Positions 27,039 to 38,073 are shown, counted from the stretch's first letter. The stretch: DNA of 64,000 nt from an uncultured Aminicenantes bacterium (GCA_965195285.1 CBDAFS010000034.1:1-64000); one strand, 5' to 3'. Translations and numbers: made by a program. The notes: generated by a model not told the origin, from the letters alone.

Positions 27039-27947
27039 TTAAATCAACGGAACCGATTCTCCTCCGACCACCACCACATACCTCATGAAAAAAATCCCGA
27101 TTATAACCAGAATACTGGCCAGGATGATGGTGAAGACATTTCTGAACTTGGGGATGACCAGCAGGAAAAAGGGAAGCACCTTCCCCAACAGGTTCTCGAT
27201 GATCAGAAAGGGAACAAAAAACTTGCCCCGGATAAGCACCTGAAGTACCTCCTGGGCTTCGGAGTGGGAAACCGCCAGCACAATCAGATCGCTGCCCACC
27301 AGGAAGAGATCCAGTACAATGGCCCAGGCCAGGATGGTGGCCAGTTTTCCCACCAATTGGAAATCCGGTTTCCTGTTCTTGGAAAAAACGCCAAAGACCA
27401 CCAGGTACACGATGATTACCAGGGCAATACCGGATACGATTGCCGAAACCAGGAACAGCACCGGCATCAGAGCCGTATTCCACAGGGCCCTGGCCTTGCC
27501 CATAGCCACAATAAAACCGGTATAGCCATGAATCAGAATAGCCAGGGGAATGCCGATAAACGCAAAAATACGGGTCTGTTTGGGCTTATCCCTGAACATA
27601 AAATATCCGTAAATAATGCAATTAATGGGATACAGAATCAGCAGAAAAGTCCCCCAGGTAATGGGAGAAGCCGGATTCAGATAAACAAACAGATGCCAGA
27701 ACCGGATGGGAGAACCCAGATGAAGGAGTAAAAATACCGGTGCCAGCATTAGCAGAAATGTAGCCATGACCACACCGATTTTTCCCAGGGGTTTGAACAT
27801 TTTTATCCCGAACCCATAAGCCAGAGTGGACAGAATGAAGGATCCGGCACTCAAACCGGTCAGGTAAAAATAAATGGCAATGTTCAAACCAAAGGCCTCC
27901 TGGGGAACAATGTTTTGCAGTATCTGAATATCCATCGGGTTATTCAT
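27039..27947 (-). CDS. NrfD/PsrC family quinone-interacting membrane subunit
   Basis: YFYLTGLSAG, HLGSPIRFWH, SPITWG, GYTG, FMRYVVVVGG; about 8 TM. Confidence 0.92.
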   Translation of the reverse strand: MNNPMDIQILQNIVPQEAFGLNIAIYFYLTGLSAGSFILSTLAYGFGIKMFKPLGKIGVVMATFLLMLAPVFLLLHLGSPIRFWHLFVYLNPASPITWGTFLLILYPINCIIYGYFMFRDKPKQTRIFAFIGIPLAILIHGYTGFIVAMGKARALWNTALMPVLFLVSAIVSGIALVIIVYLVVFGVFSKNRKPDFQLVGKLATILAWAIVLDLFLVGSDLIVLAVSHSEAQEVLQVLIRGKFFVPFLIIENLLGKVLPFFLLVIPKFRNVFTIILASILVIIGIFFMRYVVVVGGESVPLI

Positions 27948-28560
27948 CCCCTTCTATTTTTTTGGTTTCCACTACATCCCGGTCAAGCCCGATATAAAAG
28001 GTATAGGGTCTGGTGCCCATATCGGCTTTTATCGACTGCACGGGATTCCGGGCCACGGCTTTGGCAATAGGACTATCCGGATCATTGAGATCCCCGAAAA
28101 GGATGGCACCGGTCGGACAGGCTTCCACACAGGCCGGGTCAAGACCGGCATCCACCCGGTGATGACACCAGTAACACTTTTCGGCAATCTTACGGGTCGG
28201 GTGAATATAGCGGACACCGTAGGGACAGGCAGCCATACAGTAGCGGCATCCGATACAGCGGTGGGGATCAATATACACAATCCCGTCGGGCCTCTTGATC
28301 GAAGCGCCCACCGGACAGACCGTCACACAGATGGGATTGTCACAATTATTACAGACAATGGGTAAAATAAATTCCCTGGCAGCCGGGTAACGCCCCTTTT
28401 CAATCCGTTTGATCCAGCTTCTCCAGACCCCAAGGGGAACATCATTCTCGCTCTTGCAGGCCAGCACACAGGCATGGCAACCAATGCATTTGCGCAGATC
28501 AAAGAGCATGGCATAGCGGATAGGCCGTTTTTCTGATTTTGATCTCGCTGGTTGGCTCAT
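27940..28560 (-). CDS. 4x[4Fe-4S] electron transfer subunit (NrfC/PsrB/DmsB family)
   Basis: CIGCHACVLAC, CNNCDNPICVTVCP, CIGCRYCMAACP, CYWC...PACVEACP; no own Tat signal. Confidence 0.93.
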   Translation of the reverse strand: MSQPARSKSEKRPIRYAMLFDLRKCIGCHACVLACKSENDVPLGVWRSWIKRIEKGRYPAAREFILPIVCNNCDNPICVTVCPVGASIKRPDGIVYIDPHRCIGCRYCMAACPYGVRYIHPTRKIAEKCYWCHHRVDAGLDPACVEACPTGAILFGDLNDPDSPIAKAVARNPVQSIKADMGTRPYTFYIGLDRDVVETKKIEGDE

Positions 28561-29447
28561 TCCTGGTCCTGTTCTCCGGGCTCGCTTTCCGGCGGAGCCG
28601 GTTTGTTTTCTTTTTTCTTGGTTTCCAGAAACTTCCTGATTCCGGCCACTATTTTTCCCGATGACCGGTATCCCTGAAACAGGAACAGGGCCAGGAAAAA
28701 GAGAAATACCAGCCCAACCCCCGCCATATTAAGGCCGGACCACCTCCGGGAATTGATGTGGGTGCCACCCATCATCAGGTTTCCCTTGGAACCGGGATCG
28801 TGACAGCGGACACAGAATACCTTGTAGACCCGCTTGGTTCCATGGGCGGAATCCGCATAATGACAGCTGATACAGACCCGCATGTCAAACTTTTCCCCCG
28901 GGTCCCCCTTGCGGTGTCCGGAAATTTTACCCAGGGAAAATCCCCTGAATATTCCGGTCACCATGACTTCCGCATGACAGCTTCCGCAGGTATCACCGAT
29001 ATTGTCTTCATGCACCGAGGATACGGGATGGTCATGTTTGAGAACCTGATGTTTGGTATGACAGTGATAACACTGGGGCAGTTCTTTTCCCGGGGTAGCG
29101 GTTTCCGGTTTGAAAGTATAATGAATATTTTTCAGATACTCCTCTTCCTCCTCCGGGTGGCAACGTGCACAGTTGACATTAATATTCCCCTCCCTGAAGT
29201 GAATGAAGGGGTTGGCATAAATGTGACAGTCAGTGCAGGACATTCCCTTTTTTTTGTGAACATCCTGTTTCCACTCTTTTTCATCAACAAATAACGACCG
29301 GGTTTTTCCCTCCGGGGTGATCTGGGAAAGCTCCGGTTTGCCGTGGCACTCCAGGCAATCTTCATCGGTATACTTCTCGGACTGAAGGCAAGCAAAGCAT
29401 ATGAAAAACAGGGCAAGAAAAAAAATTGAACGTTGTATTAAAGCCAT
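28557..29447 (-). CDS. heptaheme cytochrome c with C-terminal membrane anchor
   Basis: signal peptide; seven CxxCH (CLECH, CTDCH, CARCH, CYHCH, CGSCH, CISCH, CVRCH); C-terminal TM. Confidence 0.88.
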   Translation of the reverse strand: MALIQRSIFFLALFFICFACLQSEKYTDEDCLECHGKPELSQITPEGKTRSLFVDEKEWKQDVHKKKGMSCTDCHIYANPFIHFREGNINVNCARCHPEEEEEYLKNIHYTFKPETATPGKELPQCYHCHTKHQVLKHDHPVSSVHEDNIGDTCGSCHAEVMVTGIFRGFSLGKISGHRKGDPGEKFDMRVCISCHYADSAHGTKRVYKVFCVRCHDPGSKGNLMMGGTHINSRRWSGLNMAGVGLVFLFFLALFLFQGYRSSGKIVAGIRKFLETKKKENKPAPPESEPGEQDQE

Positions 29448-29520
29448 ATGTCTGGATTCAAAAAAGGCGAATAACCGGGATTATTCAGGTTATCCGGCGA
29501 AAAACACTTTATCATTAATT

Positions 29521-29549
29521 ATTATAGAAAATCAAAAATACGATGTCAA
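29521..29549 (-). promoter_or_regulatory. perfect-consensus sigma70 promoter of the redox operon
   Basis: minus strand TTGACA(29549-29544)-17bp-TATAAT(29526-29521). Confidence 0.8.
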
Positions 29550-29567
29550 CAAAAAAAAAGGGAGGAA

Positions 29568-29606
29568 AAGAGGTCAAATCTCCCCTTGTTTCTATAGTGA
29601 CCCCTT
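29568..29606. repeat. short imperfect inverted repeat at insert boundary
   Basis: AAGAGGTCA (29568-29576) / TGACCCCTT (29598-29606), 21-nt spacer. Confidence 0.5.
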
Positions 29607-29766
29607 ATTATACGATTTCTATAATAAGAATATATTCATTGAAAAAATGTAAAATTTCCTTTAAAATAGCCCTGAGTATAAAAAAGGAGTTTTTACTCAA
29701 TTTAATCCCCGTTGAAAAGAACGTTCTATGAGCTCCTTATTATGTTGAAAAATCCGGAATCAAGTT

Positions 29767-32700
29767 ATGAAAAAAATAGATGAAAGGACAGGTAAACAAC
29801 CTATTCTAAAACTGCAAATTCTTATTATTATTATAAGCCTGGTTCTGGTTACGGTAGTAATCTTACTCGGGAGCAAAGTCTTTCGGGAGACCAGGAAAGT
29901 AGCCACAGACCAGTTCAACCAACAACAGTTGATATTAGCCCGTTCGGCTGCCACCAGCATCAAAGTTATCTTTACGGAATATGCTGCTGAATTATCGTCA
30001 TTGACGCAACTACCAGCAATCCAGCAGATGACTCCTGAATGCTTAAAATACATGCAACATGCATATTCGGGTTTCCCTCTCAGAACCTCAATACGACGGT
30101 TAGACCAGAATGGTATCCTTCGATTCATTTACCCCTTCGAAGGTTGGCGAAAAGAACTGATAGGGAAGGACTATAGTAAAAAATATTTTTTTCAACAAGC
30201 CAAGAATACCGGGCGCATTATTATATCCAGCTTGATCAGTAACAAAAAGGGCAAAACCCGTATAAGAGTTGCGGTTCCAGTCTATCAGACACATAAGATG
30301 GTTACAATCAAGACCGGAAAAATGACCGGCGTAATGGTAATGCCTGACCGGGATAATAAGCCAGAATCGAAAAAATTTACAGGAATTCTGGTGGGATCAT
30401 TTGATATTTACATGATCGCTCAAAATATCATCTCTCCCATCATATCGGGTAAGACCGGTTATGCCTGGTTGTTAAACGAAAAGGGCGTTTTTATAGCCTA
30501 CCACGAGAAAGAATTAGTTGGCCGAAACGCTTTTAAGGTAAGGAGAGAAAAAAATCCTGAAATTATCCATAAAACGATTGATAAAATCCAGAGGCACATG
30601 ATAGCAGGAAAAGAGGGAGTAGGTCGATATATCACGGGCTGGCATAAGGGGGAAAAAAAGAAAATTGAGAATCTTATCGCTTATACTCCCGCCCATCTCA
30701 ATAGCCAAACATGGTCTGTAGCCGTATGCGCTCCGGTTTATGAAGTAGAGGAAATTATTCGCTCAGCCCATCGATCTGAGCTATATATATTGGGCTTTGT
30801 CATATTGGTATTGATAGGAGGCGGAATTTTTTCCTTTCTAATTTCTTATCGCTGGGCACATTCTCTGGAACGAGAAGTCATAAAGCAGACGAAGGAACTT
30901 AAAAAAACCAGTGACTATTTACAAAATCTAATAGAATATGCCAATGCCCCCATTATTGTCTGGAATCCTGAGAAAAAAATAAGTATTTTTAATAAGGCTT
31001 TTGAAAAAATGAGCGGACGAAGTGCAGAAGAAATGGTTGGACAACCACTGGACACCCTGTTTCCTGAAAAATACCGCTCGGTTTCCCTGAAAAAGATTGA
31101 AAGCACTTCGGAAGGGAAATACTGGGAAACAGTGGAAATCCCAATTCTTCGCAAAGACGGTGAAACACGTATAGGGTTGTGGAATTCAGCAAATATTTAT
31201 AACCAGGAGGATCAAACACTCCTGGCAACCATAGCCCAGGGTCAGGACATAACTGAACGCAAACACACAGAGGAAAAATTACTGTATCGAGTTAAACTGG
31301 AGAGACTCATCTCTACATTATCAACAAACTTCATCAACGTTATGCCGGATGAGATCGACCAAAGAATAAACGATGCCTTGCAAAAAATTGGAGAATTTGC
31401 TGATATTGACCGCAGTTATATCTTTTTGTTTTGCGACAACCTCACCAGGATGAACAATACACATGAGTGGTGTGCCGAAGGAATTAAACCTCAAATCCAC
31501 ATCAACCAGGGTTTATTGGTTAGTGACTTCTCCTGGTGTGAAGGTAGAATAAAGAGATTTGAAACCATCCTTGTTCCCCGTGTTGCCGATCTTCCGGCTG
31601 ATGTAACTGAAAAGGAATTTTTCCAATCGCAAGGAATCCAATCGCTTATCCTTGTTCCGATGATATATGGTAAGTCGCTTTATGGATTCCTTGGGTTTGA
31701 TTCGGTAGGGAAGGAAAAGCACTGGTCTGAAGATATAATCGCGCTGCTAAAAATCGTAGGTGAAATGTGCGTGAATGTATTGGAACGAAACCAGACAGAA
31801 AAAGCACTTCGCGAAAGCGAGGAAAATTACAGAACATTAACAGAAAATATAAATCTTGGTATATATAGAAACTCTCCCGACCATAAAGGCACATTTCTCG
31901 AAGCTAACCCTGCAATTATTAAGATATTTGGCTTTAAGAACAGAAAAGAATTTCTGACTATAAATGTTGTTGATTTATATCAGAATCCAGAAGACAGAAA
32001 TAAATTTAATCATAAAATGTTGAGAGAAGGATTTGTAAAAGATGAGGAATTAAAATTAAAGAAAAAGGATGGAACCCTCATAATTGTCTCTGTCTCTACT
32101 GTAGCAGTAAAAGATGAGAAGGGAAAGGTGAAATATTATGATGGTATTATCGAAGATATCACAGAACGTAAACACCTTGAACAGCAGTTTTTCCAGGCTC
32201 AGAAAATGGAAGGTATAGGAAGGTTAGCAGGCGGTATCGCCCATGATTTTAATAACCTGCTCACTTCAATAATTGGCCATGCAGAAATAGCAAAAATGAA
32301 ACTCCCTTCAAATAGTCAAACTTTTAACTACATGAAGCAGATATTAAAAACAGCAGATAAAGCCACAACTCTCATTCAACAACTCTTGGCTTTTAGCCGC
32401 AGGGCTTTGATTCAACCCAAAGTTCTTGATTTAAATAAGGTTATAAGAAACTTCAAGCCCTTGCTTCAGCGTATTTTGGGAGAAGATATCATATTAGAAT
32501 TTATATCTGACAAGACACTCGGAAATATAAAAATCGATCCCAATCAAGTTGAACAGATAATCATGAACCTGGCTGTGAATTCTCGAGATGCAATGCCCAA
32601 AGGAGGAAAACTAACTATTGAAACCAGGAATGTGGAACTTGATAAGGACTATACCAAGAGATATCTAAATTTGAAACCAGGGAGATATGTTCTTTTTGCT

Positions 32701-33318
32701 GTAAGTGACACAGGATATGGAATGAACTCTAAGACTCTATCTCACATTTTTGAACCATTCTTTACCACTAAGGAAAAGGGCACCGGTTTAGGGCTTTCCA
32801 CTGTATATGGAATAGTAAACCAAAGTGGAGGTCACATTAATGTGTATTCTGAAGTAGAAAAAGGAACAATTTTTAAGATTTATTTGCCAAAGGTGGATGA
32901 AGAATTGGAAAAAGAAGTTACCTTGTCCGAGTCATCCAGACTCTTTAAAGGAAAAGAAACAGTTCTATTGGTTGAAGATGAAGAAAATATCCTTGAACTT
33001 ACGGTAAAGGTTCTAACTGAATGTGGATATAGGGTCTTAACAGCTAAAAACGGAAAAACGGCTCTCCCCATTTGGGAGAAACATAAAAAGGAGATTGATT
33101 TACTTCTAACTGATGTCGTAATGCCTGGTATAAGTGGTAAAGAATTGGTAGAAAAACTCTCACCCTCAAAACCTGAACTTAAGGTGTTATATATGTCAGG
33201 TTATTCGAGAGATATAATATCCTACCACGGATTAGTAGAGAGCGATATTCACCTTATTCAAAAACCGTTTACTCCTGAGGAGTTGACAAGAAAGATCAGA
33301 GAAGTTTTGACTTCATAA
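29767..33318 (+). CDS. hybrid sensor histidine kinase (Cache-PAS-GAF-PAS-HisKA-HATPase-REC)
   Basis: two TM around a Cache-like domain, DITERK PAS ends, [36 protein letters not shown]. Confidence 0.93.
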   Translation: MKKIDERTGKQPILKLQILIIIISLVLVTVVILLGSKVFRETRKVATDQFNQQQLILARSAATSIKVIFTEYAAELSSLTQLPAIQQMTPECLKYMQHAYSGFPLRTSIRRLDQNGILRFIYPFEGWRKELIGKDYSKKYFFQQAKNTGRIIISSLISNKKGKTRIRVAVPVYQTHKMVTIKTGKMTGVMVMPDRDNKPESKKFTGILVGSFDIYMIAQNIISPIISGKTGYAWLLNEKGVFIAYHEKELVGRNAFKVRREKNPEIIHKTIDKIQRHMIAGKEGVGRYITGWHKGEKKKIENLIAYTPAHLNSQTWSVAVCAPVYEVEEIIRSAHRSELYILGFVILVLIGGGIFSFLISYRWAHSLEREVIKQTKELKKTSDYLQNLIEYANAPIIVWNPEKKISIFNKAFEKMSGRSAEEMVGQPLDTLFPEKYRSVSLKKIESTSEGKYWETVEIPILRKDGETRIGLWNSANIYNQEDQTLLATIAQGQDITERKHTEEKLLYRVKLERLISTLSTNFINVMPDEIDQRINDALQKIGEFADIDRSYIFLFCDNLTRMNNTHEWCAEGIKPQIHINQGLLVSDFSWCEGRIKRFETILVPRVADLPADVTEKEFFQSQGIQSLILVPMIYGKSLYGFLGFDSVGKEKHWSEDIIALLKIVGEMCVNVLERNQTEKALRESEENYRTLTENINLGIYRNSPDHKGTFLEANPAIIKIFGFKNRKEFLTINVVDLYQNPEDRNKFNHKMLREGFVKDEELKLKKKDGTLIIVSVSTVAVKDEKGKVKYYDGIIEDITERKHLEQQFFQAQKMEGIGRLAGGIAHDFNNLLTSIIGHAEIAKMKLPSNSQTFNYMKQILKTADKATTLIQQLLAFSRRALIQPKVLDLNKVIRNFKPLLQRILGEDIILEFISDKTLGNIKIDPNQVEQIIMNLAVNSRDAMPKGGKLTIETRNVELDKDYTKRYLNLKPGRYVLFAVSDTGYGMNSKTLSHIFEPFFTTKEKGTGLGLSTVYGIVNQSGGHINVYSEVEKGTIFKIYLPKVDEELEKEVTLSESSRLFKGKETVLLVEDEENILELTVKVLTECGYRVLTAKNGKTALPIWEKHKKEIDLLLTDVVMPGISGKELVEKLSPSKPELKVLYMSGYSRDIISYHGLVESDIHLIQKPFTPEELTRKIREVLTS

Positions 33319-33401
33319 AAGGCAAAATGTTATCTTAACATTAACAAGGCCAGGTCAAACATAGTTAATACAAAAAAGACAATTTTATCAGGGAGAATTG
33401 A

Positions 33402-36038
33402 ATGAAATTCCATCGCTTGACATCTCAGGAGGTTCTAAAACACTTTTCGTCAGGAATAAACGGCCTTGGTGAGGTTGAAGCACAAAAGAGACTTGCTCAA
33501 TACGGCCCCAACGAAATAGCGCGCAAGCGTGAAATCTCTCCTGCCAGGATCTTTCTTTCTCAGTTCAACAGCTTCATCGTTTACATACTCATCGCTGCGG
33601 TTATCATATCATTAATACTCCACGAATACATTGACAGTGCTGTGATCATCGCCATCCTTATCGTAAACGCGGTTCTCGGGTTCTTTCAGGAATATAGGGC
33701 GGAGAAGGCCATCGAGTCGCTCAAGAAAATGGCAGCTCTTCAGGCAACAGTGTTAAGGGATGGCCACAAGGTAAGGATCAATAGCAATAGACTTGTGCCC
33801 GGCGACATGATCGCTTTCGAGTCAGGGGATCGGATACCTGCCGATGCCCGTATCATCGAAGGATACCAGCTTGAAGTCATGGAGTCATCGCTGACAGGTG
33901 AAAGTCTGTCGGTAAGAAAGGAGTCAACACCTATAAATGATACCGGCACGCTTGGTGATATGAAGAACATGCTTTTCGCCGGTACCCACGTCACCAGTGG
34001 TTCCGGCAGGGCGGTCGTGGTGAGAACGGGCATGGACACCGAGATGGGAAAGATTGCTGAATCGATTGACTCTGTCGAGGATGATGAAACACCGCTTCAA
34101 AAGAGACTGGATCTGCTGGGGCGAAAACTCGGGATACTGACACTCATCATCTGCGGAATCATCATCGTCTTCGACATCTTCAAGGGTGGGAATATCCTTG
34201 AGATGATAATGGTTGGGGTGAGCCTTGCCGTAGCTGCCGTACCCGAGGGTCTTCCAATTGTAGTGACCATTGCGCTGGCTCTCGGAGTCAAGAGGATGGT
34301 TCGACATAATGCCCTGGTAAAACGCCTGCACAGCGTTGAAACACTGGGATGCACCACGGTCATCTGCACGGATAAAACCGGGACCCTTACGCGCAACGAG
34401 ATGACGGTAACGAAATTGTACGTCAACGATACCATCATCGATATTACAGGCACCGGATACGGGACTTCCGGAGAGTTCTTTTCTTCAGGAAAGAAAATAG
34501 ATCCTTTATCTGCTGAACTTCTCCTGAGGATAGGCGCTCTTAACAATGATGCCGCATTATCAGAAAAGGAGAGTGTTATCGGCGATCCCACCGAAGGATG
34601 CCTTATTGTCAGCGCCGCAAAGGCGGGACTTAGAAAGTCGATTTTAAATGATAATTTTCCACGGATTAATGAGATACCCTTTGATTCGGAGCGCAAGAGG
34701 AAATCTACGGTTCATCGCACTAAAGAAGGCCTTTTGATGTACACCAAGGGAGCTCCGGACATGGTGATAAAGCTCTGTTCCAGGATAGATGCCGGCGGGA
34801 AGATATCGCCCCTTACCGATGAAGCGAAAAGCATGATCATTGAAACAAACCGAAGGTTCGCATCGCAGGCTTTACGGGTGCTTGCCTTCGCTTATAAACC
34901 GCTGGCTTCCGGTAGGGCCGTTGATGAATACGATGAGAATGACCTTATCTTTGTGGGTCTGCAAGGCATGATCGATCCTCCCCGTGACGAGGTTCCGAGT
35001 GCCATCGAAAAGTGCAGGAATGCAGGGATTCGATCCGTTATGATAACCGGCGACTATGCACTCACCGCACAAGCCATAGCCCACCGACTGGGCATGAAAG
35101 GTGATGCGGTAACCGGAGAAGAGCTTGAAAAGATGAATGATGAAGTGTTGGAAAAAACAGTCAAGGAAATCTCAATTTTTTCAAGGGTAAACCCGGAGCA
35201 CAAGATACGGATCGTGCGGGCCTTAAGAGAAACAGGAGAGGTGGTTGCCATGACCGGAGACGGTATTAACGATGCTCCGGCGCTCAAGGAGGCTGATATC
35301 GGCATCGCCATGGGTATTACCGGCACGGACGTGACCAAAGAAACGGCTGATATGGTGCTCCTTGATGATAAGTATACCTCAATTGTAAATGCTGTGGAAC
35401 AGGGAAGGGGCATCTACGAAAACATTAAGAAATTCGTGAATTACCTGCTTTCGAGCAATCTGGGTGAAGTCTTAATACTTTTCATAGCCATGATCATTGG
35501 CTTTAAAGACGCTTCCGGAGTCATAGTAATGCCGCTTCTGGCCACGCAGATCCTCTGGCTGAACCTCATTACAGATGGCCTTCCCGCAGTAGCTTTAGGT
35601 GTTGATCCCATACGAAAAGGAATCATGGATGTACCGCCACGCAATCCCGGTGAACCGATTATAACAAAAAACATGGCGACAAACATTATCATCATATCAG
35701 TACTCATGGCAGCCGGAGTCCTCTTTCTCTTTAATCGGTTTCTTCCCGAAGGGGACACAATCGCGCGAACGATTGCCTTCACCTCCATCGTAATGCTCGA
35801 GATGGTGAGGGTCACTATGGTCCGTTCCCAGTACAAACTTCCATTCTTCTCAAACTTTTATCTTATCGGGGCAATAATTTTTTCTGTGTTGCTCCAAGTG
35901 GCGGTCGTCTATGTGCCGGTAATGAACATAGTCTTTAAAACCACGGCGCTCACCCTTTACCACTGGGGCTATATGGGTGTGGTGATGGCAATAACATTCG
36001 TTATAGGGACAGTTATGACCAGGCTGACAAATCGATAG
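33402..36038 (+). CDS. P-type ATPase, type IIA (Ca2+-translocating-like)
   Basis: TGES, VPEGL, DKTGTLT, KGAP, DPPR, TGDGINDAPAL, NLITDGLPA. Confidence 0.95.
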   Translation: MKFHRLTSQEVLKHFSSGINGLGEVEAQKRLAQYGPNEIARKREISPARIFLSQFNSFIVYILIAAVIISLILHEYIDSAVIIAILIVNAVLGFFQEYRAEKAIESLKKMAALQATVLRDGHKVRINSNRLVPGDMIAFESGDRIPADARIIEGYQLEVMESSLTGESLSVRKESTPINDTGTLGDMKNMLFAGTHVTSGSGRAVVVRTGMDTEMGKIAESIDSVEDDETPLQKRLDLLGRKLGILTLIICGIIIVFDIFKGGNILEMIMVGVSLAVAAVPEGLPIVVTIALALGVKRMVRHNALVKRLHSVETLGCTTVICTDKTGTLTRNEMTVTKLYVNDTIIDITGTGYGTSGEFFSSGKKIDPLSAELLLRIGALNNDAALSEKESVIGDPTEGCLIVSAAKAGLRKSILNDNFPRINEIPFDSERKRKSTVHRTKEGLLMYTKGAPDMVIKLCSRIDAGGKISPLTDEAKSMIIETNRRFASQALRVLAFAYKPLASGRAVDEYDENDLIFVGLQGMIDPPRDEVPSAIEKCRNAGIRSVMITGDYALTAQAIAHRLGMKGDAVTGEELEKMNDEVLEKTVKEISIFSRVNPEHKIRIVRALRETGEVVAMTGDGINDAPALKEADIGIAMGITGTDVTKETADMVLLDDKYTSIVNAVEQGRGIYENIKKFVNYLLSSNLGEVLILFIAMIIGFKDASGVIVMPLLATQILWLNLITDGLPAVALGVDPIRKGIMDVPPRNPGEPIITKNMATNIIIISVLMAAGVLFLFNRFLPEGDTIARTIAFTSIVMLEMVRVTMVRSQYKLPFFSNFYLIGAIIFSVLLQVAVVYVPVMNIVFKTTALTLYHWGYMGVVMAITFVIGTVMTRLTNR

Positions 36039-36079
36039 GGTGGAGAGCTATAAAAGAGAAGGGTCAAGTCTTGTTTTAT

Positions 36080-36616
36080 TTACTTACCGATTTTGGTGCC
36101 ACAATGGGGACAGATTTTCCAGCCGTTTCGGATCTCGGTTTTACACTTCGGACACTGGGGCTTTAACACATGACCGCAACCGGGACAGAAGGCAAAATCG
36201 TCCTGAATGGGCTTCTGACATCCGGGGCAGGTAGGGAGGTTCTCCTCCGGAACCCGGGTCCTGGATTCGGTACGAATGATCAGGTAAATGATCAACCCGA
36301 TCAGGTTGCCGATCAATACCAGCAATGCCCACAACAGACCATTCATTTTCCTCCGTTCCGCATCCCGGTACACCCAGGCAATCACCAGAATCCAGATCAC
36401 CAGCAGGATCAGGGAAAAAATGTGTATAATGGGAAAAGGGAAAATGAAGTTGTTTCCCATGGATAATCTGTTACCGATAGTGTGTTTTATGGTCTGGGAT
36501 ATATTGGAAAAAATGCCAAAGGGGGCAAAATAAAAAGGAGTAAACCTCAAGGCGATCCAGGCCAGGACCATAATCAGTAGAATAAGTCCGAATACTTTTC
36601 CTTTATTGTTTGTCAT
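36080..36616 (-). CDS. membrane protein with PLDc_N-like hairpin and double zinc ribbon
   Basis: WVYRDAERR...LIIYLIIR; four CPxC motifs; GGAGGT SD before ATG 36616. Confidence 0.8.
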   Translation of the reverse strand: MTNNKGKVFGLILLIMVLAWIALRFTPFYFAPFGIFSNISQTIKHTIGNRLSMGNNFIFPFPIIHIFSLILLVIWILVIAWVYRDAERRKMNGLLWALLVLIGNLIGLIIYLIIRTESRTRVPEENLPTCPGCQKPIQDDFAFCPGCGHVLKPQCPKCKTEIRNGWKICPHCGTKIGK

Positions 36617-36684
36617 TTCATACCTCCGTTTCAATTATAAAATCCGGGATATTCCCGGAAAATCCTTCTGTTTTCCTCAGATAT

Positions 36685-37188
36685 TTATCCATTTCTGGCC
36701 TCCTGCCTGGATAGGCCCGCATAGCGTCCATAACGCCGGATCAACAGGGGGGACAACAGCAACATCACTGCATTCTGGAGCACCAGTATGAAGGCCAGGG
36801 TCTCCTGAGATGAGAATGAAGTCTCAAACGACAATTCCCCCACAACCGGAAAGATCAGGACCAGGGTAATGGCCATCAAGGCCATCAGGGCCAAATAAAC
36901 CGACCGGGGGATCCGGCCCGGGTCAATAGCCTGGCGTTTCAACCGCTTTCCGGCCAAGACCTTCTGGATTTTCCGGTGACACACTTCCCGGCTCACCCGT
37001 TCACAATCATCCGGCAAAACCGGTTCGGGGATTGCCTTTAGTCCCCACTGCAGCTGTTTGAGTTCCTGTTGAAATTCACGACAATCCCGGCAGTTTTCAA
37101 TATGATCAGCCAGTAGCCTGGATTGGGGTTTGGACAACAACTCCGGCCGTTGATCAATCATCAATGCTCTATAGCCTTTACATTTCAT
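36685..37188 (-). CDS. zinc-binding (zf-HC2) membrane anti-sigma factor
   Basis: HIENCRDC motif, two C-terminal TM, ATGA overlap with ECF sigma gene. Confidence 0.82.
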   Translation of the reverse strand: MKCKGYRALMIDQRPELLSKPQSRLLADHIENCRDCREFQQELKQLQWGLKAIPEPVLPDDCERVSREVCHRKIQKVLAGKRLKRQAIDPGRIPRSVYLALMALMAITLVLIFPVVGELSFETSFSSQETLAFILVLQNAVMLLLSPLLIRRYGRYAGLSRQEARNG

Positions 37189-37748
37189 GCGAAATCTCCC
37201 AAATGAATACCGGAAATATGGTGGGTCTCCGCCAACTCCTTCCGGATCATCCTGATGGCCCGGTGTTGGCGGGACTTGGCCGTGCCCAGGGGAAGTTTCA
37301 GCAACCCGGCAATCGCCTCATAACTGAATCCTTCAATCTCCCTGAGTATGAAAACCTGACGCATTTTCAGAGGTATTTTATCCAGGACCTGCAGGACCGC
37401 AGCCGCCATCTCCCGTTGTTCGGTCTTGGTTTCGGGACTGTCGACGCTATCACTGCCCAGAAATCGGGTGCTGGAGGGGTCTGATTCAGCCCGGTTCTTG
37501 AAACTCAGCCGGATCCGTTTTTTGCGCAGGTGATCCCGGTAGAGGTTGGTGGCAATGGCATAAATCCAGGCTTTCTTCTCTTTAACATCCTGGATTTTAT
37601 CCAGGTGCTTGACCACCCGGAGCCATGTTTCCTGGAACAGGTCTTCGGATTCGACCCGGTCATGGGTTAAATAGCAAATATATCGGTAAATGGCTGATTT
37701 ATACATGTCATACAATTGATCAAAAATCTGTTTCAAATCCTGATTCAA
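37185..37748 (-). CDS. ECF RNA polymerase sigma factor
   Basis: SEDLFQETWLRV, WIYAIATN, EGFSYEAIAGLLKLPLGTAKSR. Confidence 0.93.
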   Translation of the reverse strand: MNQDLKQIFDQLYDMYKSAIYRYICYLTHDRVESEDLFQETWLRVVKHLDKIQDVKEKKAWIYAIATNLYRDHLRKKRIRLSFKNRAESDPSSTRFLGSDSVDSPETKTEQREMAAAVLQVLDKIPLKMRQVFILREIEGFSYEAIAGLLKLPLGTAKSRQHRAIRMIRKELAETHHISGIHLGDFA

Positions 37749-37792
37749 TCAGACCTCCATGCCCGAATTCTGTCATCGATCTTTCTTTTTCA

Positions 37793-37819
37793 TACGCATT
37801 TTCCGGTTCCAAAGTTACA
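37793..37819 (-). promoter_or_regulatory. putative autoregulatory ECF promoter
   Basis: minus strand TGTAAC-17bp-CGTA about 45 bp upstream of the sigma gene. Confidence 0.6.
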
Positions 37820-37984
37820 GACGGTTCAATTCGAAAAAGGTTCCCAAAGACATTGTTTTATCAATAATTCAATTTTTCCTGTTATTTTTAAACATTGGCT
37901 TTGGCCTGTTTGAAAAAGGTGTCGGCCCGTACTTTTCTAATGTACAGGCAAGAATCTTTTTTGAGTAGTACCCGTATATTATCC

Positions 37985-38013
37985 TTTACACGGTTTTTCT
38001 GTTTATATAAAAT
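37985..38013 (+). promoter_or_regulatory. sigma70 promoter
   Basis: TTTACA-17bp-TAAAAT upstream of the GcvT-family gene. Confidence 0.55.
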
Positions 38014-38073
38014 ATAATTGATGTTTTTCAAATTAAGTCAAACACAGAACAGTCAACAAAGAGGGAAGAAAAA

